Shown: piece after piece, positions 20,594-32,874 of the stretch
How positions within the stretch are numbered: the first letter of the stretch is position 1
How the letters are laid out: each line of letters begins with the position of its first letter
NCBI GenBank assembly: GCA_963663405.2
Contig: CAXXSM010000065.1
Span: 1 to 32,874, forward strand
Direction: 5' to 3'
Source of the DNA: a bacterium
GTDB taxonomy: Bacteria; Hinthialibacterota; Hinthialibacteria; Hinthialibacterales; Hinthialibacteraceae
DNA length: 32,874 nucleotides
Translations under genes and position numbers: made by a program
Notes under the pieces: generated by a model
What the model was told of the DNA's origin: nothing
Databases searched by the model: none
Seen by the model: the letters and a program-made list of their open reading frames with translations, nothing else

Positions 20594-22921
20594 ATGCAAT
20601 CAAGACGTGTTACCCTCCTTGTATTATTTTTCCTTCTATCAAGTAATGTGATTTTCGCACAGGCCCCATCTGAACCGCTCAGCCTTTGGTATCGACAACC
20701 ATCAGAACGATGGACGGAAGCGCTTCCAATCGGGAATGGGGCGTTTGGGTGGAATGATTTTCGGCGGCGTCAGTCAAGAACGAATTCAACTGAATGAAGA
20801 CACCTTATGGGCCGGTGGACCTTACGATCCGAATAATTCTGAAGCATTGGAAGCATTACCCAAAGCGCAACAGCTGATATTTGAAGGCAAGTATCGAGAA
20901 GCGGATCGCCTGATCGGTCAGAAAATGATGGCGAAACCACTAAAGCAGTTGCCCTATCAAGTGGTTGGCGACCTGCTCCTTACTTTTCCGGGAGGGAAAC
21001 TCGCTTACAAATTATCGGAGAACTCTCAATCTTGATACAGCAATCGCCAGCGTTTCATATACTCATGATGATGTTGAGTACTCTAGAGAATATTTTTCCA
21101 GTCCGGTCGATCAGGTAATCGTTATTCAATTAAAAGCCAATAAACCGGGGCAGCATTTCATTTTCAGCAGGAATAAAAACACCTCAGTCTGCATCTGTTT
21201 CCGTTGAATCACCGGGAACACTCCTACTGGATGGCGTCAACGGTGATGCTATGGGGATAAAAGGCGCGTTGACATTTCAGGCTCGTGTGAGAGTAAAACA
21301 GACCGGCGGCGAGTTGATAGAAAATGAGAACCAAATCACCGTAGAAAAAGCTGATTCGGCTATCCTTCTCATTGCCGTCAATACTAGTTTCATAAGATAC
21401 AACCGATGTAAGTGGTAATCCAGCAGAACTGACAAAAGAAACTATCAAGTCGGCAAATTTAAAGTCTTATCAAGACCTCAAACAAAAACATATCACTGAA
21501 CATCAACGACTTTTCCGTCGTGTATCGCTTGATTTGGGGACAAGCGACGCGATGAAACTTCCAACCGATGAACGCATAAAGAATTTTGCCAATGGTAATG
21601 ATCCCCAACTGGCAAGTTTGTATTTTCAGTTTGGACGTTATTTGCTGATTTCCAGTTCCAGGCCAGGTAGTCAACCTGCTAATTTGCAAGGAATCTGGAA
21701 TGAAAGTATGAGACCGCCATGGGACAGTAAATACACAATCAACATCAATACGGAAATGAATTACTGGCCCGCTGAACCAACCAACTTGGCGGAATGTACT
21801 GAACCGCTGATTGGGATGGTAATGGATATCGCTGAAACGGGAAGTCGAACAGCAGAAGTACAGTGGGGCGCAGGCGGCTGGGTCTGCCATCATAATACGG
21901 ACCTGTGGCGAGCAACAGCCCCAATCGATGGTCCCGCTTGGGGATTCTGGCCAACCGGCGGCGCATGGTTATGTAAACACTTATGGGAACGATACGAGTA
22001 TGGTGGAGATAACGATTACCTGAAAAAGATATATCCTGTACTCAAAGGCGCATCGCAGTTTTTTCTTGAAACGCTAGTGGAACATCCAAAATTCGAGTGG
22101 CTGGTTACTTGCCCTTCGCTTTCACCGGAGAACGGACACAAATACGGTGTGAGTATCTGCGCCGGTCCAACTATGGATATGCAAATCATCCGTGATCTGT
22201 TTACGTACTGTATCAATGCCTCAGAAATCCTGAAGCAAGATAACGATTTTCGCAGCAAAGTGATATCCGCTCGCGAACGGCTTGCCCCAAATCAGATCGG
22301 AAAAGAAGGTCAACTTCAGGAATGGCTTGAAGACTGGGATATGGAAGCGAGAGATATTCACCATCGCCATGTATCCCATCTCTATGGGCTTTATCCCAGC
22401 GACCAGATCAATGTCATCCATACACCGGATTTGGCCAAAGCGGTTCGTAAATCACTTGAGATTCGAGGTGACAACGCTACCGGTTGGGGAATTGGCTGGC
22501 GTCTAAACCTCTGGGCGCGCCTCCACGATGCTGAACACGCCTATAAGATACTCACAATGCTTATACACCCTCAACGAACATACCCAAATATGTTCGATGC
22601 TCATCCGCCTTTCCAGATTGATGGTAATTTCGGCGGTACATCCGGTATCGCGGAAATGTTTCTACAGTGTATGCAAAATGAAATTTTGCTTCTTCCTGCT
22701 CTGCCGAAGGCTTTTGCCAATGGATCGGTTCAAGGTTTATGCGCCAAAGGCGGATTTGAAATAGACATTGAGTGGAAAAACGGAAAACTGGCAAAAGCCA
22801 TCATCCATAGTAAAAATTGGTAATAAGTGCAATATCCTGTAATAACGAACAAACGAAAAACCTGCAGATTGATGCGGGGAATGAAATCATACTTGATCAT
22901 GATTTGAACATAATTCAATGA
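20594..22921 (+). CDS. GH95 alpha-L-fucosidase/alpha-L-galactosidase, broken by several frameshifts
   Basis: [74 protein letters not shown] and [11 protein letters not shown] motifs spread over at least five frames. Confidence 0.9.
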
Positions 22922-23185
22922 CAGTGCTGAATGGGAATCATTATAAAGTATTGCAAGGAAGTGGAGATTAAATAGTGAATTAAATCTTAATGAAACGCTG
23001 TTTTGGCACGCTTGAAATTCTATTAACGGATTGACTTTGGCTATTGTCCGCTCGATTACTGAAAAAGCTGGTTTGATAAAAGTAGCGGCAAGATCTCAAG
23101 AACTACAAGAAACGCAATTAACGAGAAAAAGCCAATAACCAAAATGAATTTTCAACAATAGTAATATGTATTGAAAGGTCTACTA

Positions 23186-24269
23186 ATGAAAAAATCAAAA
23201 GTTACTCATTTTGCGGTCTCAATGGCGTTCGTATGCTGTGTTCTTTTTACCTATATTTCAGATTCAGCATCACAAAACCAAGCGGATGCTCGCGAACCAA
23301 TAAGTAAAACCACTGTCGAAGCGCCTTTTGACACACCGTTGAAATGGACATCTTCGGATATCCTGGTCAAGCCTGTCTCTGATGAAACCCACAGTATAGT
23401 ATCGGTCAAAGATCCTACAGTGGTTCGTTACAATGATTTGTGGCACATCTATGCCACGGTCTATTCAACATCCGCCAGAACCTGGAATATGGTGTACCTG
23501 AATTTTAAAGATTGGTCTGATGCACCCAATGCCAAATTACATTTTGTCGATCAAAACCCGAATTTAACCGGATATCATTGTGCGCCGCATTTGTTCTATT
23601 TCAGTCCACACAAGAAATGGTATTTAATTTTTTCAATCTCAACAGCCTCAGTATTGTACAACGGATGATCTTTCCAAACCGGAAACCTGGACCAAGCCGC
23701 AAGACTTTTTTGATTCAAAACTCCCACTGCTCCACGCTTATGGATTGACTATTGGGTGATTTGTGACGACACACATGCCTATCTGTTCTCACTGGTGATA
23801 ACGGGCGTACGTATCGTAGCCGAACCAAGATCGAAGATTTCCCCAAAGGTATGAGCGAACCGGGAAGTTATTATTGAAGGAAGACGATTGATGTTTTTGA
23901 AGGCAGCATGACCTAACAAGATCAAAGGCACTGATAAATATATAACACTTGTCGAAGCGATTGGTCCTGCCCGCTATTACCGTGCCTGGATTGCTGATCA
24001 CCTAAATGGAGATTGGACGGAGTAACCAACGCGAACACATGGGATACACCGTTTGCCGGGATCAACAATGTCTCCTTTGCAGAAGGTATTGAAGCCTGGA
24101 CCCAAGGATATCAGTCATGGGGAATTACTCCGCGATGGATATGATGAAACGATGACAATCGATCCCTTATAACCTACAACTGCTTTTTCAGGGACGCGAT
24201 CCATCGTCCGGTGGTCGATACGAACTTTTACCCTATCGACTTAGTCTCTTGAAATTAAATCAGAAATAA
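23186..24269 (+). CDS. GH62 alpha-L-arabinofuranosidase, broken by several frameshifts
   Basis: [19 protein letters not shown] and [13 protein letters not shown]; shifted frames give [35 protein letters not shown] and [13 protein letters not shown]. Confidence 0.88.
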
Positions 24270-24318
24270 TCAAAACACAACTTTATTAACCGTATCTAAC
24301 CGCTTAGAGGAGAAAAAC

Positions 24319-27300
24319 GTGGAAAATCTTTTTAAGAAACTTATATCATCACTCGCACTTTTTTGCCTACTCATTGTTTTTACAAGTACTCTTTTAGCAA
24401 GGCAATCGGACAATGGTAACGGAACCTATACCAATCCACCTCTTTATGCCGATTTCCCAGATCCAGACATTATTAGAGTCGGCGATGATTTTTATTTTGC
24501 GACAACCACCTTTGTGAATACGCCAGGATTAACGATTCTACACTCTCAAGATTTAGTTAACTGGAAATATCTTTCCCATGTCATCAAACGGTTGGATGGA
24601 CGGTCAGAATACGATCTTCAAAATGGTACAGCCTACCGATCTGGAATATTTGCACCAAGCCTTCGATACCATAATAGCACTTTCTATGTGGCTGTAACTC
24701 CAGTGGGACAAAAGACTAGAATATACACAGCAAAAGAAGCAAGAGGCCCCTGGAGTTATACCGAATTAGACCGCAGTGCATTTGATCCAGCCTTATTTTT
24801 CGATGATGACGGCAAGGGTTATGTAGCGACATCGGCTGGATACGACGGAATACTCACTCTTTTGACCCTAAACGATGATTACACTGAAGTAGAAGAAGAA
24901 AAAAAGGTCTTTTTTAACAGAGGCGCTGAAGGATCAAAGATTATCAAACGTGGAGATTGGTACTATTTGTTTCAATCCATACCCCAGAAGATTGGGAATG
25001 GATATATCGCGTGCTAAAAGCCTAAATGGCCCTTGGGAAACGAAACGGTCTATCGACGATCGAACCGGCGGTCATCAGGGAGCCATTGTCGATCTGCCTG
25101 ACGGGAGTTGGTACGGATTCGTGATGTGTGATTTCAAATCTGTAGGCAGAATCACTAATATCAGCCCTATCTTTTGGCAGGATGATTGGCCCATGTGGGG
25201 AACGCCAGACGCACCAGACCGAGTACCGGATGTTGCTACCAAACCAATTCAAGGCAAACCGGTCTTTGAGCCAGCAACTTCAGATCAATTCGATTCCGAT
25301 ACACTGGGATTACAATGGCAATGGAATCACAATCCTGACGATAATCGCTGGTCGCTTACCGAACGGCCAGGCTATCTTCGTCTTAAAGCAACTCAATCCG
25401 ATCAATTTTGGACAGCACGCAATACGCTTACCCAAAAGGGCTGGGGCCCGTGGTGTCAAGGTACCGTTACATTGGATATAAGCAATCTCAAGCCTGGAGA
25501 TATCTGCGGTTTTGGGACATTAGGAAAATTCAACGGACACTTAATCGTTACTTGCAATGAACAAGGCGGATTATCTCTTGAAAAACAAGTGATGGAAGAT
25601 ATAAGAAACGGCCAGAAAACACATGAAAGCGAGATGCTAACTTCCATTAATACCCATTCTATTACGCTCCGTACGGAGATGGACTTTGAAACCCATAAGG
25701 GAAAATGTTCATATAGTTTGGATGGTCAGAATTGGTCTGATGCTGGTGCAGAATTTCCGCTCCAATTCGATTGGCAAACGGGAACGTTTCAGGGACAGCA
25801 ATTCGCCATCTTTTGCTACAATCCTGAGCCTAGTGCAGGTTTTGTTGATATAGATTCCTTTATTTTGACTGATGATAAATCCGCGCAACAAATAAAGCCT
25901 GTGTCTTTCGATAATTTCGAATACACGGGAGAAGATATCAATGCAACGTTTCCACTTTCTTCCGGTCAGTATCGTAATCCGATTCTCGCAGGTTTTCACC
26001 CTGATCCGAGTATTTGCCGCGCAGGCAAGGATTACTACCTGATTAATTCGACATTCGAATACTTTCCCGGTTTACCGATCTTTCATAGTACCGATCTTGT
26101 AAATTGGAAACAGATTGGCCATGTTATTCATCGCCCTGAACAACTCGACTTTAGAAACCGTCGTGTTAGCGCCGGACTATTCGCCCCAACCGTCACTTAT
26201 CATGATGGACTTTTTTACGTTGTGTGTACCAAGATCGACGGCCCAGGCAATTTCGTAGTAACCGCTGAAGATCCGGCTGGCCCATGGTCTGATCCCATCC
26301 CCTTAAAGTTTGGCGGAATTGATCCCTCGATCTTCTTTGATGACGATGGAACATCTTGGATTGTCTATAACGATGCTCCGGAAGACAGACCATTATATAA
26401 CGGGCACCGTGCAGTTTGGATTCAGCAGTTTGATCCTAAAAATAAAAAAATGTATGAGTCGCGTAAGTTACTCATTAATGGCGGTGTCGATATTTCAGAA
26501 AAGCCGGTTTGGATAGAAGGACCGCATATCTATAAACTCAATGGTTGGTACTACCTCTGCTGTGCTGAGGGTGGCACGAGTACGCAGCATTCACAAGTCA
26601 TTTTTCGCAGTAAAAAAGTCGATGGCCCATTCATCCCTTGGGATAAGAATCCGATCCTGACTCAACGTGATTTGGATGGCAATGCACCCAACGCTGTTAC
26701 TTGTACGGGACATGCCGATTTGGTTGTCGGACCGGACGATAACTGGTGGGCTGTATTTCTTGCCGTACGTCCATACAAAAATGGGCTTTCTCCAATGGGA
26801 CGAGAAACGTTCTTGCTGCCTGTCAATTGGACGGATGATGATTGGCCGATCATCTTGCCGCCGGGCGAGCGAGTACCACTTGTAAGCAAATCACCCAATG
26901 GCGTTGAAATTCAAGCATCAGATGCACCTCTCAATGGCAGTTTTACTTGGAGTGATGATTTCAAACAGAAGGATCTTTCATCGGAGTGGATCATGCTTCG
27001 TGATCCTAAGGAGGAATGGTGGAACGTAAATACAACAACCGAACGCCTCGAATTAACTCCTCGGTCAGAAACGCTTAGAGGTTCTGGCAATCCCAGTTTT
27101 TTTGGGCGTCGAGTTCGACATGCTAAGTACATGTCTGCTCTATCAGTAGGCATTCCAAAGAAAGAGGGTATTTCTGCAGGATTAGTGCTTTTCATGAATG
27201 AGAGGTATCACTATTTTCTGGCTGTACAGCATAAAAACGGTAAGGCTCAACTCTATCTCGAAAAAGTCGAAGGCCGGGATGTAAGCCGAGTTGCTGAAGT

Positions 27301-27502
27301 AGAGTTATCGTCGCTAAATGAAATCGATTTACGTGTTAAAGCAGATAAGGCTACCTGTTCTTTTGAATACAAGACGAAGGACAGTGACTGGAAAACTCTT
27401 GTAGGCGATGCTGACGCTACAATCATCACATCCGCTGTTCGTGATGGTATGTTTCTTGGCGCCATTGTTGGACCTCATGTCCGTATCGATGAACCTAAAT
27501 AA
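24319..27502 (+). CDS. Secreted tandem GH43-GH43 xylosidase/arabinofuranosidase, each unit with a C-terminal beta-sandwich; one frameshift near 24980-24990
   Basis: Unit 1: DFPDPDIIR, FAP, FDP, AEG, HQG, WQWNHNP. Unit 2: GFHPDPSICR, FAP, IDP, IEGPH, GHAD, GRET. Signal peptide; GAGGAG SD. Confidence 0.9.
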
Positions 27503-27625
27503 TTTTTCGTATAGTTGCCATGCATTTAGGCTTCAGTAGGCAAAAATTCTGTGAAAATAAATAAGATGCTTATCCTGGCAGTCGTTTTATCACCATCATA
27601 GGCAATCTTAAACTTATATTAGGAG

Positions 27626-27922
27626 ATGGCCACTATGAAATCGAATAAAAACAAAGAACCGAGCAATAAAATATCTCGTCGAGAGGCATTAATCAGTGGA
27701 GTGGCGCTTTCTTCGATAGCGTTTATGCCACGTCACGTACTGGGTGGAGAGGGAAATACTCCTCCAAGCGACTTATTAAATATAGCTATGATCGGAACTG
27801 GTGGTCGCGGTTTACAGCATACGAGATCAATTACTCGGGAAGACGATTTCCGCATCGTTGCGATTTGTGATGTTTCTGCAACCAATGACTACAGCCGTTT
27901 TTACTACCGAGGTAAAGCAGGT
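27626..27922 (+). pseudogene. Gfo/Idh/MocA family oxidoreductase with Tat-like signal, 3'-truncated by an IS
   Basis: SRREAL signal, PRHVLGG..PPSDLLNIAMIGTGGRG (Rossmann), IVAICDV; the frame enters the IS at 27923. Confidence 0.85.
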
Positions 27923-29403
27923 TGTGGCTGTTATGCTTGAATCGGACCACGAAATACCGATTGGAAAAAGAGATTTTAGCAGTTTTTAAGGTTGTGAATG
28001 AAGCCAGTGACAGATGTTGTTTAATTGTTTTAACAATAACGTTTTAGGTTAGATGTCTGGGGGATACACCTTCCCTGATGAATCGTTACATGATTATAGG
28101 TCAATACAATTTCAAGCCGCTTTTGAAAGACGAAAAGCCATAGTATTTGTTTCTTCGAACCGGCGTCGTTCAATAGGGAAGGGAACTGTTTTCGCGTCAC
28201 TGTTTAATGGATCTTTTTGGCATTCTGCATGAACTTCATTGGGAGTTCTTCCCTCAAATCGATAATGTGGTCGCCATTCGTTGTACCATTCCGAAAATGA
28301 ATTGCAAAGAGATTCCAGATGATCAAATCCTTTGACAATTGCTGCCCGGTTCAACCATTCATATTTTAGCGTTTTGATCACTCGTTCGGTCACGGCGATC
28401 GAACCATGTTTTCCAACCGCGCCAAAACGCTGCTTCATGTTAAAGTTATCAACAAATTCAGCGAAAGCGTCGCTGGTAAAAATCGGTTCTTGATCGGAGA
28501 TTATATGCTTCGGAGAGCCATGGATTTCAATTGCTTGTTCCAAGGTTTCTATTGTCCAACCGGCATTGGGGCCTTCCAGGGGAGAGCAGCAAACCACCTT
28601 CCGGGAATAATGGTCAATTGCAACAAGAACGTATGTTGGCCAGAGGCCCCACCGAAACACAATCGTTCGATCGATACTCCACACGTGATTAGGATACCAA
28701 GCCGGAATGGACCGCTGGGAGGATTGATCACTATTTTCTCCAGCCTGATTGGGCGCCAGAGATGGTTGCCCTGGTGGATAAGGCCGTTGCAGGATATTGC
28801 GAACCGTCGAGGCCGCCAAGAAAATGTTGAGAAGCGACAGCTGAAGAGATATCCGAATACGTCCCCAGTGCGGATTGGCTTTGGCAATTTCCCAGACGAG
28901 TAGGGCCACTTCGATAGGAGTTTTGTTTGCTGGTTCGTTTTTGTTCCCACTTTGATTTTTGATATTCTTCAGCCATCGATTAATCGTTGATCGAGCCACA
29001 CCGAGTCGTTTCGTTATCTCCCGAGTGGAAATTTGGAAATATTCCTTGTACCAGAGAATCCACAACCGTTCTCGAAGTGAATAGCGTGGTTTATGATTCT
29101 TATTTCTTCCTTGTTTGCGCAAAATTTTCAGTTCTGTTTCCAATTGAAAAATGCGATCACGTAGAAATTGGTTCTCGACTTCGGGATTGTCCTCCTCTTC
29201 AGCAAGATTTTTCATTTGCTTGAAACGAGTAACTCCCGCCCATTGAGCTGACAAGAGGAGAGCCTTCAAAATCAAAGGAATTGCCGCTTGAATTACGTCC
29301 ATAGTGGTCCCGTTTATGAGTATGTTTTGAAATGGGATCCTATGTATTAACATCAATATTGTCAACCGGTTATCGGTGGACCGATTCTTGGATAACAGCT
29401 ACA
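27923..29403 (-). mobile_element. IS481/IS3-related insertion sequence, 1481 bp, TGT...ACA ends, no TSD
   Basis: 41-bp IRs at 27923-27963 and 29363-29403 (31/41 identical); the flanks GCAGGT and TGTGGA differ. Confidence 0.85.
28112..29302 (-). CDS. Integrase-core (rve-type DDE) transposase with HTH
   Basis: HTH LGVARSTINRW, NPHWG..RI, WSID, AIDHYSRK, IISDQ, ERVIKTLKYE, YNEWRPH..GRTP. ATG at 29302 preferred because the TTG at 29365 lies in the IR. Confidence 0.88.
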   Translation of the reverse strand: MDVIQAAIPLILKALLLSAQWAGVTRFKQMKNLAEEEDNPEVENQFLRDRIFQLETELKILRKQGRNKNHKPRYSLRERLWILWYKEYFQISTREITKRLGVARSTINRWLKNIKNQSGNKNEPANKTPIEVALLVWEIAKANPHWGRIRISLQLSLLNIFLAASTVRNILQRPYPPGQPSLAPNQAGENSDQSSQRSIPAWYPNHVWSIDRTIVFRWGLWPTYVLVAIDHYSRKVVCCSPLEGPNAGWTIETLEQAIEIHGSPKHIISDQEPIFTSDAFAEFVDNFNMKQRFGAVGKHGSIAVTERVIKTLKYEWLNRAAIVKGFDHLESLCNSFSEWYNEWRPHYRFEGRTPNEVHAECQKDPLNSDAKTVPFPIERRRFEETNTMAFRLSKAA

Positions 29404-29443
29404 TGTGGATTTATTGAAAAAATCTATAAGAAAACCATAGCTC

Positions 29444-32400
29444 TTATTCTGTGTCCAATACTTCGCGCACTTTTTCAGCCAACGATTGCAGCGTGAAAGG
29501 CTTCTGTATGAAATTGACGCCTTCGTCTAGTACGCCGTGATGGGCGATGACATTGGCCGTATAGCCGGACATAAACAGCCTTTTGAGTGTTGGATACAGA
29601 GTAAGAAGCCGTTTAGCCAAATCACGGCCATTCATTTCAGGCATAACTACATCCGTCAACAGCAAATGAATATCTCCAGCGTGTTTCGCCGCCAGATCAA
29701 TCGCTTCTCCAGGCGTGTGAGCGGTTAGTACGCGATAACCAATTTTTTCCAACATCATCTTTCCGAGATCCAGAAGTGACTGCTCATCCTCAACCAATAA
29801 CACGGTCTCGTGACCTTGGACTACTGATTTCGAAGGATTTTCAATAACTGTTTGATCGGATTTACCGATATGACGGGGTAAATAAATTGTGAAAGTAGTT
29901 CCTTGGCCTGGTTCACTGTACACATTTATGAAACCATTATTTTGTTTAACAATGCCGAAAACTGTCGCTAAGCCCAAACCTGTCCCTTCACCTGTTTGTT
30001 TGGTTGTAAAGAAAGGATCGAAGATTCGGGAAAGAGTCTCTCTGTCCATGCCGCATCCGTTATCACTCACAGCGAGACGTACATATTCGCCTGGGATAAA
30101 ACCTGTATGCTCTCTACAATACGCATGATCCAGGCATTCGTTTTCTGTTTCGATTGTTATCTTGCCCACCCCATCTATGGCATGGCGGGAATTTACGCAC
30201 AAGTTTGCCAGCAACTGGTCGATTTGAATGGGATCCATTCGAATCGGCCAAACATCACAAGATGGCAGCCATTTTAATTCAATATCTTCACCGATAAGCC
30301 GCTGTAACATCTTTAACATGCTTTCGACTGTATCATTCAGATTGATGGTTATGGGAGATATAGTTTGTTGGCGCGCAAACGCCAACAATTGCCGCGTCAG
30401 ATTGGCGGAACGTTCGGCCGCTTGAGTAATTTGCTGAAGATCGTTATAGAGTGAATCCGAAGGATTTATTTTGTCCATGGCCAACTCCACGTGACCAAGA
30501 ATTACGCCCAACATGTTATTGAAATCATGGGCGACTCCACCGGCCAATCGTCCGATGGATTCCATCTTTTGGGCTTGTTGAAGTTGATTCTCCGTTCGTT
30601 TACGTTCCGCATTTGCCAGAACCTGCGCCATTTGATCCGCGGCCTGTCCGCTAAAAGAAATCTCATCGAGTTGCCAATGACGGGTTGTGTCTACTTGCTC
30701 TAAACGAATGACTCCTACAACCTGGCCGTGGAGCCGAATGGTTGCGTCGAGCATGGAGATAATTCTGTTGGGTTTAAGGTAATCCTCCGTGAATTCAAGT
30801 GTTCGCGGGTCACTTTGCGCATCAACCGCATCTATAGTGCGGCCTTGCTTTAACACATTAAAATAAGTTGGAAAGTTAATTGTGACTAATGTCTGCCCAG
30901 ATTGATGCTTTCTTTCAGCAAGGATATAAAGGCTATAGCATCTCAACTCCGTTTCTTCATTTTCGAGCAGCCATATACTCACCCGGGATACGCTCATCGC
31001 TTCAGCCACGGATTCGGTAAGGTATCCAGTCGCCGTATCGACATCACCATTAATAAAGGCTTCGTGCAGCGCCATCTCGATTAGTATCGATTGTTGTCGT
31101 TGTTGCCATTGATGAGCTTTTTTACGCTCGGAGATGTCGCGCGCGATACCTAACACAAGCGTTCCTTCCGGTGTTTCAAGACGAGAAAGAGTTATTTCAA
31201 CAGGGAAAACGGATTCGTCTTTTCTTCGATGATTTGATTCAACCGTCAGGGGGAGCCCTATTGATACTTGATTGAAAAAAGTGCGTAACTGCTCTTGCGT
31301 CGTCAATATTTTTGCGTCTATATCAGTAACATTCATACGCAGTAATTCAGTTTTGGAATATCCTGTTGATTCACATGCTTGTTTATTGACTTGGGTCAGA
31401 TTCCCATTTAAGTCATATACGTAAATGGCGTCAGCCGCCTGCTCGAATAGGATTCGCAGGCGCTCTTCACTCTCACGTAACGCCATTTCCGCGCGTATGC
31501 GATCGGTAACGTCTCGAAAACTCCACACTCTGCCGATAACTTTGCCGCTTAACTTTTGGGGTTGGGAATACCGTTCAAATATTATTCCATTTTTCAACTT
31601 GATAACGTCAAAACTAACCATTTCAGGATTATCATACATTTCACGAACGCGGGCTATAAATTCTACAGGATCCACAAGATTCGCGAGTACGTGATCTAGC
31701 GCAAGTTGATCGTCGTTGGATTCTTGTATCGACTGAGGGATCTGCCACATGTCGATGAATTTTTTATTAAATTGAGTCCATTTACCTTCTCCTGAAACAA
31801 CGAGTATGCCATCAGCGGTCGATTCCAAAGCCGACTTGAGTAAAGACAAAGAATATTTCCTTTCTTCTTCCGCTTGAATTCGGTCGGTGATATCAGAAAA
31901 CATGGTAGCCATGTAGCCGGCTTCAATCTGAAAGGCGTGAACCTCAAACGCGCCTGAAATTTGGCTGTCTTTATACTGAATCTGTTTTGTCTCCCAAACG
32001 CCTCCGTTGCGCACTATCTGCTGATATCGTTCGAGAATTTCTGTTTCTGTAAGCGCAGGGAAAACTTCTTCGATGGATTTTTCTATGAATTGATTGTTCT
32101 TAATACCCAAAATCTGGTCGGCCGCTTGGTTGGCGCCCTTAAAAACAAGTCGATCGTCGTTTTCCAGGGCATAGAAATGCATCCCCATCGGACTTGATTC
32201 GACAACCTTTCTAAACCGCAATTCACTCTCACGCAATTCCTGCTCCGTTCGTTTGCGTTCGGAGATATCCTTTACATACTCAATTACGCCCGTCACCTCA
32301 CCTTTTTCGTTTTCGAGGGGAAAAGAAGACAGGTCGATCCATCCTTTCGCATTCTCTTCACTAGGATAAGGAACTTCTACTCTATGCGTTTCCCCGTTTC

Positions 32401-32874
32401 TAAAGCCTTAATCGTAGGACACCAAGGGCATACAGAATTGCGTTGCTGGTAGACAGCGTAGCATTTCTTTCCAATGAGCGGCATTTCATCGGCGTACATT
32501 CTCTCCATCCAAGCGTTGGTTCGCATTATATTTAGATCGCGGTCTAACACGCTAAGCCCATCCTGAATTCCCTCAAAAACATTATGAAGAAACTTTTCGC
32601 TTTCCCGTAATGCTTCCTCCGCTCGTTTACGCCCAGTAATGTCCAAATGCGTGCCACAGGCGCGAAGTGGTTCGCCGTGGGTACCGCGTTCGATCACTTG
32701 GCCCTTATCGAGCACCCAAATCCAATCGCCCGACTTGTGTTTCATGCGATGTTCCGTCTCGTAAAAATCCGTTTTACTTTCCAGATGAGCGTTGAGCGTA
32801 TCCATTACGATCATCATGTCGCTGGGATGGACGAGTTTTTCCCATGATTTTACGTGTGGTTCAATTTCATCCAG
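29444..32874 (-). CDS. Hybrid sensor histidine kinase (multiple PAS/PAC, GAF, HisKA, HATPase, receiver); 5' end outside window; one frameshift near 32380-32395
   Basis: QKMESIGRLAGGVAHDFNN (H-box), NLCVN, SDNGCGM, FDPFFTTK, GTGLGL, VEDE..LLTDVVMP..KP; the frame ETHRVEVPYP..SFPLENEKGEVTG bridges the two ORFs; open to the window edge. Confidence 0.92.

Noticed and set aside
23001-23020. Sigma-54 promoter (TTGGCACG) upstream of GH62
   Set aside because: No TTGC at the required -12 spacing.

Overview
Bacterial accessory region with three parts. (1) 1-10956: a mobile-element-like block with a frameshifted serine hydrolase, an IHF/HU-family protein, a RecD2 helicase, three hypothetical proteins and a SWIM zinc-finger gene split by a 2412-bp IS (734-aa DDE transposase, 25-bp IRs, 6-bp TSD). 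(2) ~11140-11630: a non-coding recombination-site region. It contains the 3' half of tRNA-Gly(CCC) starting exactly at the anticodon loop, paired GTCCACCCT arm-type repeats on both sides, and two near-symmetrically placed copies of the tRNA anticodon stem with different 7-nt loops. (3) 11671-32874: an IS1380 element, then a divergent arabinoxylan/hemicellulose CAZyme cluster (internally deleted CE6, GH127/146, GH10, tandem CE1-malectin, GH95, GH62, tandem GH43). This is followed by a Tat-type oxidoreductase truncated by an IS481/IS3-like element and a hybrid PAS/GAF histidine kinase running off the right edge. Many genes have single-base frameshifts, often in homopolymers, which probably reflect long-read errors. 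Family calls come from motif recognition only; no searches were run.
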